In this document: in pieces, positions 55,077 to 64,000 of the stretch
How the letters are laid out: every line of letters begins with the position of its first letter
How positions within the stretch are numbered: the first letter of the stretch is position 1
Assembly: GCA_024346625.1 (NCBI GenBank)
Contig: AP024667.1
Span: forward strand, 310,001-374,000
From: Williopsis jadinii
Lineage: Eukaryota
Reading direction: 5' to 3'
Length of the DNA: 64,000 nt
The notes under the pieces: generated by a model
What the model was told of the DNA's origin: nothing
Database searches by the model: none
The model's input: the letters and a program-made list of their open reading frames with translations, nothing else
Program-made: the position numbers and the translations under genes

Positions 55077-57445
55077 TCACTCAAGCGATGAGGTTGTTTC
55101 GAATAGCTGTACGTGCTCAAACTTCTTGTAAGAATCCGGGGTCTTGCTATAGCTCTCATCCGATCTGTCCAGGAGAACAGCGAGCTCCTCCTGTGTCAAG
55201 GTATTATCCTTTACAGATGCGCTTACCCCAGTGAGCTTATGCTCCTCATACAGACTCTTCAACTCTGCAGCCAGGTCAGACTGTTCTCTTTTCTTCTCAG
55301 TTGTACCGAGCAAGGAGTTGTCCTGTCTCATCAGTCTTTGGAGGTTTTCGAATTTGCCCATACTGATCACCAGCTTCTCTAGCTTTCTCTTGGAGTCAGC
55401 CTTTGCCAGAATCACCTCTTCTACAGTGTTGGCTGTGATGAATCTATAAACGGCAACAGGGTTGGTCTGTCCAATTCTATGAACACGGTCCATTGCTTGC
55501 AGATCCACTTGCGGGTTCCAGTCCGAGTCAAGGAGAATGACAGAGTCCGCAGCAACTAGATTCAACCCCAGCCCACCAGCACGTGTGCTTAGGATGAACA
55601 CCTGCTTCTGAGGATCCTCGGTAAAGGACTTGATGTTTTGCTCACGTTCCAATTGATCCATGGACCCCTCTAAGTAACAGTGTCCAAAACCATTCAGATC
55701 GCAAAAGTCCAAGACAAATGGAATCATTGTGGTGAATTGACAAAAGATCAACACCTTATGGTCTTGTTCAATCAACCGTGGCAACAGTTGTTGAAGCAAT
55801 TGCAGTTTTGAAGAGCTCTTCAACAGAGCATCCAGTGTCATATGCTTTTCATCATCCCAGGGGTAATAAAACAGGTAAGGAGAATCACAGATCAACCTCA
55901 GTTGCATCATCAAATTATTCATCTTCTTTTGGTCAACCCATTTAACACACCCGTGTAACACATCATAGAGAGCTTTGAACTGTTTTGAGATACCCTTGGG
56001 GGATACAAATGCTTCTTTCCCTATGCTTCGCCAAAATGCATCATCATCTGGAGATCTACCTTGTCCATGGCCATCCATTTCCTCCTTAATGAAGGCCTCA
56101 ACGGTTACCTGATTGATGCCCAATTGCTCAGCCTGGACACGTTGTCTTAACGCAAACTTGAGCACTTCGTTCCTTAAAGTTTCATCAGAGCAGCCTTGTA
56201 TATCTTATCTTGATCTGGAGAGAGTTTCCCATATATTATGAACTCCTTCTTAGGCACAAGATCTTGAAGGGTGCTCTTCTTCAGACGTCTTAACAAGAAT
56301 GGTTTCAAAATAGAGTGCAGGTTCTGAACCAACGTCTCTTGGATCTTAGTATCGATCATTTTTTTTGTTGAGTCGTCCGTGTCTTTCTTCAATTCCGTGA
56401 TGGAACTGAAATCAAACCACCTTTGAAACAGCTCTAAATCTTGAAAGATATCTGGAAGGATGAAATTTAGCAAAGACCACAACTCATTGAGATTGTTCTG
56501 CAGTGGAGTACCAGTCAGTAGCAATCGATTCTGCGTTTTCAACCTTTTCAATTCCCTAATCAACTTGCAGTTGATGTTCTTCAACCTATGGCCTTCATCA
56601 ACGATGAGGAACTTCCAATCAACTTTGTTAAGGAACTCAAAGTCTCTGAGCACAGTTTCATAGCTTGTGACGACAATGGCCTCGTTGAAGCCATTCCGTG
56701 AGCTGTAGTACTCATCTCTCAAAGCCTTTCTATCATCCTTTAGACCAATGTACCCCAGTACTGGCAGTGAAGGAGCGAACCTCTTTAGCTCACTGACCCA
56801 GTTACCTACAACTGAGAGAGGTGCAGTGATTAAGAAGGGACCCCTGACACCCTTTTCATATAAGAACGCAAGCAGTCCGATACACTGTAGTGTCTTTCCC
56901 AGCCCCATTTCATCAGCAAGTATCCCGTTCAAACCATTCTCATAAAGGGTAATCAGCCATTGGGTTCCTTCCAACTGGTACTCTCTCATCTGAGCTCCTG
57001 TAACCAACGCAGGCTGCGCCATGGAGATACTCTCTCTGACTTTATTGATCTTGTCCTTCGTGGCTACAGTCTTCTCACTGACTTTGGCCTTTACAGGGAA
57101 GTAATCTGTTACAAGCTTCTTCGATCTGGAGGAGCCTCTAGCTTTCTTCCTTGGAGGCTCCTCAACATTGGTCTTAACCTCATCGCTTCGCTCTCCCTGT
57201 TGCTGCTTTTTCTCCAATACGCTTTCCAACAGCGTATCACCAATGATCTTCGAGAACACCTGGGATTGCTGTACCAGCTTCTGCAATCTCTCCAGTTTGA
57301 AGGTGTAGTCGAGATTATCAAACTCCTTGTACTTCTCTTCATCCTGCTTCTGCTCCAGGCGTTCTTCCCTGATGAGCTCGTCAACCATCTCGTCTTCATG
57401 GGCTTCGGGCGAGGAAGACAGCTCACTTTCTCTCGTCATGGTCAC
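55077..57445 (-). CDS. IRC5: SNF2-family ATPase Irc5 (Lsh/HELLS/DDM1 subfamily); split by a -1 frame break at ~56177-56205
   Basis: The 5' ORF has ILADEMGLGKT, DEGH and TGTPLQNN. The 3' ORF has STRAGGLGLNL and DSDWNPQVDLQAMDRVHRIGQ. Divergent from RSC8 as in S. cerevisiae. Confidence 0.92.
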
Positions 57446-57534
57446 ACAACGCTATCCACCACGTATATCCCGATCTATAACAGTGATTTGTTCACCTGGT
57501 GTAACACACCGTGTCGTCATATTCCTGCTTAGAG

Positions 57535-57727
57535 ACGCGTGTATCGTTCACAGTGGTGAAGCCCACCACCGTAACTACCATCACGCCTGCGTAAATATCA
57601 GCACCGAGGAGTGAGCAGACCGCGAATCGCGCGAAAATCGTGAAAAAAGGCTGGAAAAAAAACACAATCACCCAAACCGTTGTTGTCCGTTTTAAAGGAA
57701 AAGAGAAACAAGCCAATTTCAACGCGT
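57535..57727. promoter_or_regulatory. Cluster of MCB/SCB-like elements in the IRC5-RSC8 divergent promoter
   Basis: ACGCGT at 57535 and 57722, CGCGAAA at 57630, CGCGAA at 57621. Confidence 0.55.
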
Positions 57728-57959
57728 TTTCAATAACAACAGATCAAAAAACAAGCATCAACAGGCGAATCACCGTTTGAAAGAAAGGACAAACGAATAA
57801 TTTACACTTGGAAATCGACTCTGTTGGAATACTCAGAGGGAAGGAATTGTTGTTTTTGCTTAAGGTTGAGTGTATATTTCCCAGCTAACCACCACCACGA
57901 CTACCGCCCCCTTTGAAGGAGAGGAAGCGCTTTGTTTACAATTCGGGGAAACTATCACG

Positions 57960-59738
57960 ATGTCAACACCAAAGATCAAAGAGGAGCCGGCTGCTACAGA
58001 ACCAGCAGCACACAGTAACGATGCACAGGATCAGGACGTTGAGATGACAGATGCCGCTGAGCAGGGCGTCTCGACACCGGTGACTGAGGAAGAGCACACA
58101 CACCGTGAAGATGAGGAAGGAGAAGCAGAGAAGTCGCCAGAGATTGATTATGTTGCCGAGTCGAAGAAGATTGAGGAGAAGGCAAAGATGTACCTTGCTC
58201 GTCAGACCAAGCCTGTGATCATTCCAGCGTTTGCCGCCTGGTTCTCCATCGATGATATCCATGAGATTGAGAAGAGATCTCTTCCAGAGTTCTTCAACAA
58301 CAACTCGAGGTTCAAGACGGACAAGATCTACAAGGACATCAGAAACTTTATGATAAACACGTTCAGACTTAACCCTGTGGAGTATCTCACAGTCACAGCG
58401 GCAAGAAGAAACATTGCTGCTGACGTTGCATCGATAATTCGTATACATGCCTTCCTGGAGCAATGGGGGTTGATAAACTATCAAATTGACCCAAAGACCA
58501 AGCCTTCTCTTGTTGGCCCACAGTACACTGGCCATTTCCAAATAATACTCGATACTCCGGATGGACTGAAGCCCTTTATCCCACAAGGAGCAAAGATCGT
58601 GAAGCACGAACAATCTCCAGAGACTGACTACACAGATGAGGTTAAGACTGCGGTGATCACTGAAGAATCTATTGCCAAGGATCCTTTGAATTTGACGTTG
58701 AGAAAAAACACCTTTGACTCTACACACGATGCGTTGTCGTTTGGCAATGGTGATAGAGCTACAAGTGTACAGAACAAATCGTTTACATGTAGCGTTACAG
58801 GGAATGATTCCACGGATGTTAGATATCACAATTTGAAAACCAAAGGTTATATATCAGCCCGTGCTTTTAAAGAGGGCCATTTCGGCTCAAATTTCACAAG
58901 TGCTGATTTTGTTAGATTGGAGAAGCTCAGTAAGAACAACATTGTTTCTAAATGGACAGATCAGGAGACATTGTTACTCTTAGAAGGTATTGAAATGTTT
59001 GAAGACAACTGGGATAAGATTTCTGCTCATGTTGGTTCAAAGACTAAAGAACAGTGTATTACAAAGTTCATTCAATTGCCTATCGAAGACAAATATCTGG
59101 TGAGATCCATCGCACATGTTAAGAAACAAGACACAACAACAAAATCTACTACAGACTCTACGAATGAGTCTGTTATCAAGACGATAAAATTCTTGATCAA
59201 AAATCTGGACGGTGACCTGGCTTCAAGGGATTTCTTAGAGAACGATGAGGACTTCCAGAAGGCTGTTAAGCTTACTGTGGGATCCTTGGTTGGCGGTGCA
59301 CAGGCTGAACAACAGAATTTGAAGCAGGAATCTACAGATTTGTTGAAGAACCTTGTTGACCTGGAGATCTCCAAGATTGAACACAAGCTGAGTAAGATTT
59401 CACTCTTGGAGAAGCAATTGAATCAAGAAAAGGCAGAATTGGCGCAACAGCGTAAGGATGTTGTGCTTGATAGATTGGCATTGAAGAAGCAGGCCGTGGA
59501 TGTGCGTAATAAGTTGGCACAAGCAGCTGCAGCGGAGAACCCAGAAGTTGGCAGCCAGCTAGCAGAAGAAGCAGTTGCTATTGCTAGCAAAGCACCAAGA
59601 GTTTCTGTCATTGCTACAAAACCAATCGAAGAAACCATCGATGAGGACTCAAAGGATAAAGAAGCAGTGGAGAAGGCAGAAGAGGTTGTCCCTGTGAGTC
59701 AATCATCGCCAGAGGAGTTCCAGTACTGGAAGCTATGA
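57960..59738 (+). CDS. RSC8: RSC complex subunit Rsc8 (SWIRM, ZZ-like, SANT, coiled coil)
   Basis: IHEIEKRSLPEFF, FLEQWGLINYQIDP and WTDQETLLLLEGIEMF. First ATG at 57960. Confidence 0.95.
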   Translation: MSTPKIKEEPAATEPAAHSNDAQDQDVEMTDAAEQGVSTPVTEEEHTHREDEEGEAEKSPEIDYVAESKKIEEKAKMYLARQTKPVIIPAFAAWFSIDDIHEIEKRSLPEFFNNNSRFKTDKIYKDIRNFMINTFRLNPVEYLTVTAARRNIAADVASIIRIHAFLEQWGLINYQIDPKTKPSLVGPQYTGHFQIILDTPDGLKPFIPQGAKIVKHEQSPETDYTDEVKTAVITEESIAKDPLNLTLRKNTFDSTHDALSFGNGDRATSVQNKSFTCSVTGNDSTDVRYHNLKTKGYISARAFKEGHFGSNFTSADFVRLEKLSKNNIVSKWTDQETLLLLEGIEMFEDNWDKISAHVGSKTKEQCITKFIQLPIEDKYLVRSIAHVKKQDTTTKSTTDSTNESVIKTIKFLIKNLDGDLASRDFLENDEDFQKAVKLTVGSLVGGAQAEQQNLKQESTDLLKNLVDLEISKIEHKLSKISLLEKQLNQEKAELAQQRKDVVLDRLALKKQAVDVRNKLAQAAAAENPEVGSQLAEEAVAIASKAPRVSVIATKPIEETIDEDSKDKEAVEKAEEVVPVSQSSPEEFQYWKL

Positions 59739-59945
59739 CTCAACGTTGTAACTATATAAATACCGTTGAATTAAAGAAGAAAAAACAATGTATTGTATTG
59801 ATTGATGATGAACATTGTAGATATGAAACGGAGGTGTTTTTCCCTTTTTTTTGGCTGGGCCGGCAAATCACCGGAGATGAAGTTTCGAGTACTGAACCCA
59901 TTATTCAATCTTTATGAATCCACGTGCACTTTAGGACATTCGAGG

Positions 59946-61181
59946 ATGAAGCTTAACGTACTTATAACCCTTGGTCTCTCGTTAGGAGCCTTTGCCCATG
60001 CGCCAAAGGCAGCATTGAGACAGGTGCACAGCGAAGAGAAGGAGGTTTCCATTGTTGAGCCTCTGTACTACTCTAACGGAGACTTGAACTTACAGGTCCT
60101 TGATTCAAGACTTCAAGAGTGTGCTGTTGTAAAGGATATCAACGAACAACTGGCGTTGGAACATGATGAGGAAGAAGGAGAGTCGATGATTTCATATCTC
60201 TTTTCAAAGCTGTTCCCCTTTGAGAACCCAGCCTATAACGCTTTGCTGGCCACTACGTACATCTCCGGTCCACCAAATCTGATTCTAGGGTTCATTCCGG
60301 CTTCCATTGACCCCTCCAAGCTGTCACTACTGATCAGCTTTGCCATTGGTGGGTTGCTTGGTGACGTGTTCCTTCATTTGCTACCACAGACCTTTGTCGG
60401 CGAGCCTGTTGACCATTCGAAGGCGTCTTTTGTCCTTGTTGATGAGAAGAGAAACACCATCCTCGGGCTGTTCATCTTTGTTGGCTTTTTCGTCTTCTTC
60501 ATCATCGACAAGTCATTGAGAATCCTGGAGCACGAGCAAGGCCATGAGGCTACGCATTCCCACTCCCACGCCGCTGCTCCTTCCGATGAAGAGGTTAGAA
60601 GACATAAGAAGACCGACGATGACCAACCGGTCATTGCCAATCCAAACGCCAGCGTGAAGACAAGTGCCTACCTGAACCTGATCTCGGACTTCACACACAA
60701 CATCACCGATGGTCTTGCCATTGCGGCCTCCTTCTACATCTCCAAGTCCGTGGGCTCCACCACGTGTCTTGCCGTGTTCTTCCATGAGATCCCTCATGAG
60801 GTTGGTGATTTTGCCCTCCTGATCCAAGGTGGGTTCACCAAATGGCAGGCCATGAACTCCCAGTTCCTCACTGCTGTCGGGGCCTACGTCGGTACATTCT
60901 TGGGCATCTTCATCCAGACCTATGGACTCTCGTCTACAGAGGTTGTTGAGTTTGGTAACGTCTCTCCAGGCCTGTTCGGCACAACAGTCACCACGGGCGA
61001 TCTAACACTGCCATTCACCGCTGGTGGCTTCCTCTACATCGCCACTGTCGGCGTCATACCTGAGATTCTCGAGCTGCAGACCGGCAACACGAGACTTGGG
61101 GAGTTCACGAAGGGTCTTTGCCAGTTGTTCTTCATCCTTGTTGGTATCTCCCTGATGTTCCTGATCTCATGGCTGGAGTAG
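59946..61181 (+). CDS. YKE4: ER ZIP zinc transporter (ZIP7/KE4 type)
   Basis: Signal peptide from ATG 59946, GGLLGDVFLHLLP, HSHSH loop, HNITDG and HEIPHEVGDF. Confidence 0.92.
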   Translation: MKLNVLITLGLSLGAFAHAPKAALRQVHSEEKEVSIVEPLYYSNGDLNLQVLDSRLQECAVVKDINEQLALEHDEEEGESMISYLFSKLFPFENPAYNALLATTYISGPPNLILGFIPASIDPSKLSLLISFAIGGLLGDVFLHLLPQTFVGEPVDHSKASFVLVDEKRNTILGLFIFVGFFVFFIIDKSLRILEHEQGHEATHSHSHAAAPSDEEVRRHKKTDDDQPVIANPNASVKTSAYLNLISDFTHNITDGLAIAASFYISKSVGSTTCLAVFFHEIPHEVGDFALLIQGGFTKWQAMNSQFLTAVGAYVGTFLGIFIQTYGLSSTEVVEFGNVSPGLFGTTVTTGDLTLPFTAGGFLYIATVGVIPEILELQTGNTRLGEFTKGLCQLFFILVGISLMFLISWLE

Positions 61182-61225
61182 GAGGGTTCTTTCTGTAGCG
61201 TAGAGTACTGAATACAAGCAGCAGC

Positions 61226-61497
61226 GACAAGGTAGCCACGTATATGCACAACGACCAAGGACAAGGTAGCCACGTCTGCATACAACCACCCCCTACAAGT
61301 TAGTCACGTATATCCACAACCACAAGCTACAAGTTAGCCACGTATATCCACAACGACCAAGTACAAGTTAGCCACGTATATCCTCGACCACAAGCGACAA
61401 GTTAGCCACGTCTGGCTACAACGACCAACTACAAGTTAGCCATGTCTGTCTACAACGACCAAGTACAACCTAGCCACGTATACCCACCTCCACCGTC
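61226..61497. repeat. Non-coding 34-bp tandem array, 8 units, conserved core ACAAG(G/T)TAGCCACGT
   Basis: Units start at 61226, 61260, 61294, 61328, 61362, 61396, 61430 and 61464, an exact 34-bp period. Confidence 0.95.
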
Positions 61498-61824
61498 CAT
61501 CACAGTAAAACCATCGCATCACAGACCGATGGTTACGAAGCCCTGGCGCACAGGACACCGCTTGCTTACGTAACCATTAGGGGGGAGGCTCTCCTCCTCC
61601 TTCCGCAAAAAGTGCGAGGATGCTTCCTTTTTCCTCTGCCTTGCCCCTTCAAAAGAGCTGCCTAAACCCATAAAACACACCAGAGAAGGGGGTTTAATTG
61701 CGATTGACATTGACATCAACAGCTCCAATTGGACGATCCCTGTACGGCACCTCACAGCTATATATCCAGGCACTTCACACACACTTTCTAGGTACTCTTT
61801 CCGGCCGCTTGCACGCTGCATCAG

Positions 61825-63098
61825 ATGACTCTACCAAAGGAATACGTCAATGAGCTCAACGAGCTGAACAAGGAGGTACAACGCCAGGCTCCAAAGGACG
61901 TGTTGCAGTTCTGCGCCAACTATTTCCAGAAGAGGCTGGAGGAGCAACGCCAGCTGGCGTGGGCACAAGCTCCCAAGTTGAAGTCTCAAGGAATTGACCT
62001 TTTCCCACAGAGCACAGGGCTGAGAGCACCCCCGTGGAGAAGGAGGCTCCGTTGCTGTTCAATCAGCCTTTCACCGATAACGACCCACACGCGAGGGATG
62101 AGGGCGAGGCACCAAGTGATATCTTCAAGTCTGACTTCAACGTTGGAAGCTCACACAGTGGGCGCGCTGCCGCCACGGTGGATCCACGCGCCGCCGTGGA
62201 GCAGCCATTCAGAAGAAGCTCCATTGCAGCACCACAAGGCGTGAACTTGCCATTGGCTTTCAACGCCAACAGACGTACAAGTGTCAGTGCAGAGACCTTG
62301 AACCCACATGGGATCAAGGATGACTGGCATGCTCCTGTGATCCCGAAATCAGCAGATCAGTTGCAAAGATTGAGCAACTCTGTCGTTAAGAACTTCCTGT
62401 TTGGTTCGCTGGACGAAGACTCGTTGAAGACTGTGATTGGCGCGCTGAAAGAGGTCAAACTGCCTGCTGGCTCTGAGGTCATCAAGCAAGGCGATGAAGG
62501 TGACTTCTTCTACGTTGTTGAGTCCGGTGAAGTTAGCTTTTACGTGAATGGCATCAAGGTGAGCTCATCTGGCCCAGGTTCCAGTTTTGGTGAATTGGCA
62601 CTCATGTATAACTCCCCAAGAGCTGCCACTGCGCTGGCAGAGACAGACTTGGTACTCTGGGCCCTGGATAGACTCACCTTTAGACGAATCCTGTTGGCAA
62701 AAACCTCCAGAAAGAGACAACTCTACGAGAGCTTCCTGAAGGAGGTTCCTGTGCTATCACGTCTGTCGTCATACGAACGCTCCAAGCTGGCAGATGCGCT
62801 GGAGACGGAAACCTACCAACCGGGAAATGCCGTTATCAAAGAAGGTGAGGTTGGTGAGAACTTCTATCTCATTGAAAGTGGTGAGGCCAATGTTCTTAAG
62901 GAAGGAGAAGGTGTTGTGAGCCATTTGAAGAGAGGGGACTACTTTGGTGAGGTTGCTCTGTTGAATGATCTTCCAAGACAGGCAAGCATCGTTGCCACTA
63001 CGGAATTGAAGGTTGCTACGTTGGATAAGAAGGGTTTCCAGAGATTGTTGGGACCTGCTGTTGAGGTTTTGAAACGCCAGGATCCAACAAAGCATTAG
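61825..63098 (+). CDS. BCY1: PKA regulatory subunit; split by a -1 frame break, probably near 62000-62006
   Basis: Frame A has the dimerisation/docking domain (PKDVLQFCANYF). Frame B has the inhibitor site RRTSVSAE and two cNMP-binding domains (FGELALMYNSPRAAT, FGEVALLNDLPRQAS). Confidence 0.95.
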
Positions 63099-63347
63099 AA
63101 TAACAGTGAATTCCGTACATTGCAACGTTACAAGAAAGAGAAACCACACACTTTTTACAACACAGGTCCCACACTCCCAGTGAGCATACAGGGAAAATAC
63201 ACTGCATCCGTATGTAGTCAACTTTTGTTCTCATCATTTAATTGTTTACGAGTTTTGATGTTATTACCTCTTTTTACTCAGAGTGATTCTCTGTAGCTTA
63301 TGTAGTGTGTATAATATAATGTATAATAGTCAATAAATATGGTTGAT

Positions 63348-64000
63348 CTATGATCTAACGTTCCATTCGAGCCAGCACTCATCGAATATTGGTCTAGAGG
63401 TATAACTATCTGCCATACTCATCATTTCGACATCAGTCAGAGATGCCTTCGACCCGTGGACGTTGCCCATCATTGGTGGTTTCTCTGTGAGGTTCTTACA
63501 CCACTGTGGGCTAATCTTGGATTGGAATCTCCAATACAATTGAGCAATGCAGAGCTTCATCTCAGTCATAGCAAGGTGCATCCCCAGGCACATCCTATTC
63601 CCCTGGCCAAAGGTGAACAATGAGGATTTCATTAGCTGAAGTCTCTGTTTAAAGGACTCATCAGTCTCATCACCCTGCTTCAACCATCTCTCAGGGATGA
63701 AGCTTTCAGGACGTGCAAAGACAGTTGGGTCAGTATGAAGAGACCATGGCTGGACAGAGACAGTGGTGCCCTTTGGAATGGTGAATTTAGCACCGTTGAC
63801 ATCAACGACAAATTCCTTTACAACGCTACGTGGTTCACTGCCTGGGATAGCTGCATGCAAACGAGTAGTTTCCAGGATCACCGCTTCCACGTATGGAAGC
63901 TTATCAACAACATCCAATGGCAAATAACCTAATGGTGTCTCACCAAAGTTCTGAACCATCTCGTCATACAACTTTTGCTGTATGTATTGATTCATAGGTC
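63348..64000 (-). CDS. Cytochrome P450, 3' part (5' end outside the window)
   Basis: ExxR (ETTR), PERW and heme motif FGQGNRMCLG. The frame is open to the window edge. Confidence 0.93.
   Translation of the reverse strand, partial: PMNQYIQQKLYDEMVQNFGETPLGYLPLDVVDKLPYVEAVILETTRLHAAIPGSEPRSVVKEFVVDVNGAKFTIPKGTTVSVQPWSLHTDPTVFARPESFIPERWLKQGDETDESFKQRLQLMKSSLFTFGQGNRMCLGMHLAMTEMKLCIAQLYWRFQSKISPQWCKNLTEKPPMMGNVHGSKASLTDVEMMSMADSYTSRPIFDECWLEWNVRS

Noticed and set aside
56168..56182. Ty1/EST3/ABP140-type +1 frameshift at CTT-TAA-G in IRC5
   Set aside because: The downstream ORF is in the -1 frame, not +1.
57963..58829. 288-aa antisense ORF
   Set aside because: It is a shadow of RSC8 codon usage with no motifs. 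The same applies to the many short antisense and nested ORFs in TOP2, STT3, MSB2, OPT and SPP41.
61226..61497. CRISPR array interpretation of the 34-bp repeat
   Set aside because: The context is eukaryotic with no cas genes. The core is only 15 bp, and the variable parts are related to each other rather than unique spacers.

Overview
This is gene-dense budding-yeast (Saccharomycotina) nuclear DNA using the standard code: CTG falls at conserved Leu positions, e.g. Scl1 DKLLD, so it is not CTG clade. Gene content is compatible with a Cyberlindnera/Wickerhamomyces-type yeast, which is an inference. The window holds one tRNA-Thr(AGT) and about 29 protein genes: TOP2, SCT1, HOS2, SCL1, a C2H2 protein, a LYS14-like factor, SNU71, STT3, PIB2, LAA2-like, CTF1-like, MCY1, MSB2, PLP2, a small orphan ORF, an OPT transporter, ECT1, REC102, YGR016W-like, EAT1, a secreted orphan, FMP42, SPP41-like, an EEP phosphoesterase, IRC5, RSC8, YKE4, BCY1 and a partial P450. 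Four things are not explained by the ORF track. (1) A three-exon REC102 (Spo11 partner) with two short non-consensus introns. (2) A non-coding array of eight 34-bp units with a conserved 15-bp core and variable remainder, upstream of BCY1. (3) Three genes between 53.5 and 63 kb, each split by a -1 frame break; assembly indels are the most likely cause. (4) A ~3.7 kb gene-free gap amid orthologues of genes that flank the S. cerevisiae CEN7 region. I found no transposon and no CRISPR-Cas system. Gene names come from recalled motifs and synteny, not from database searches.
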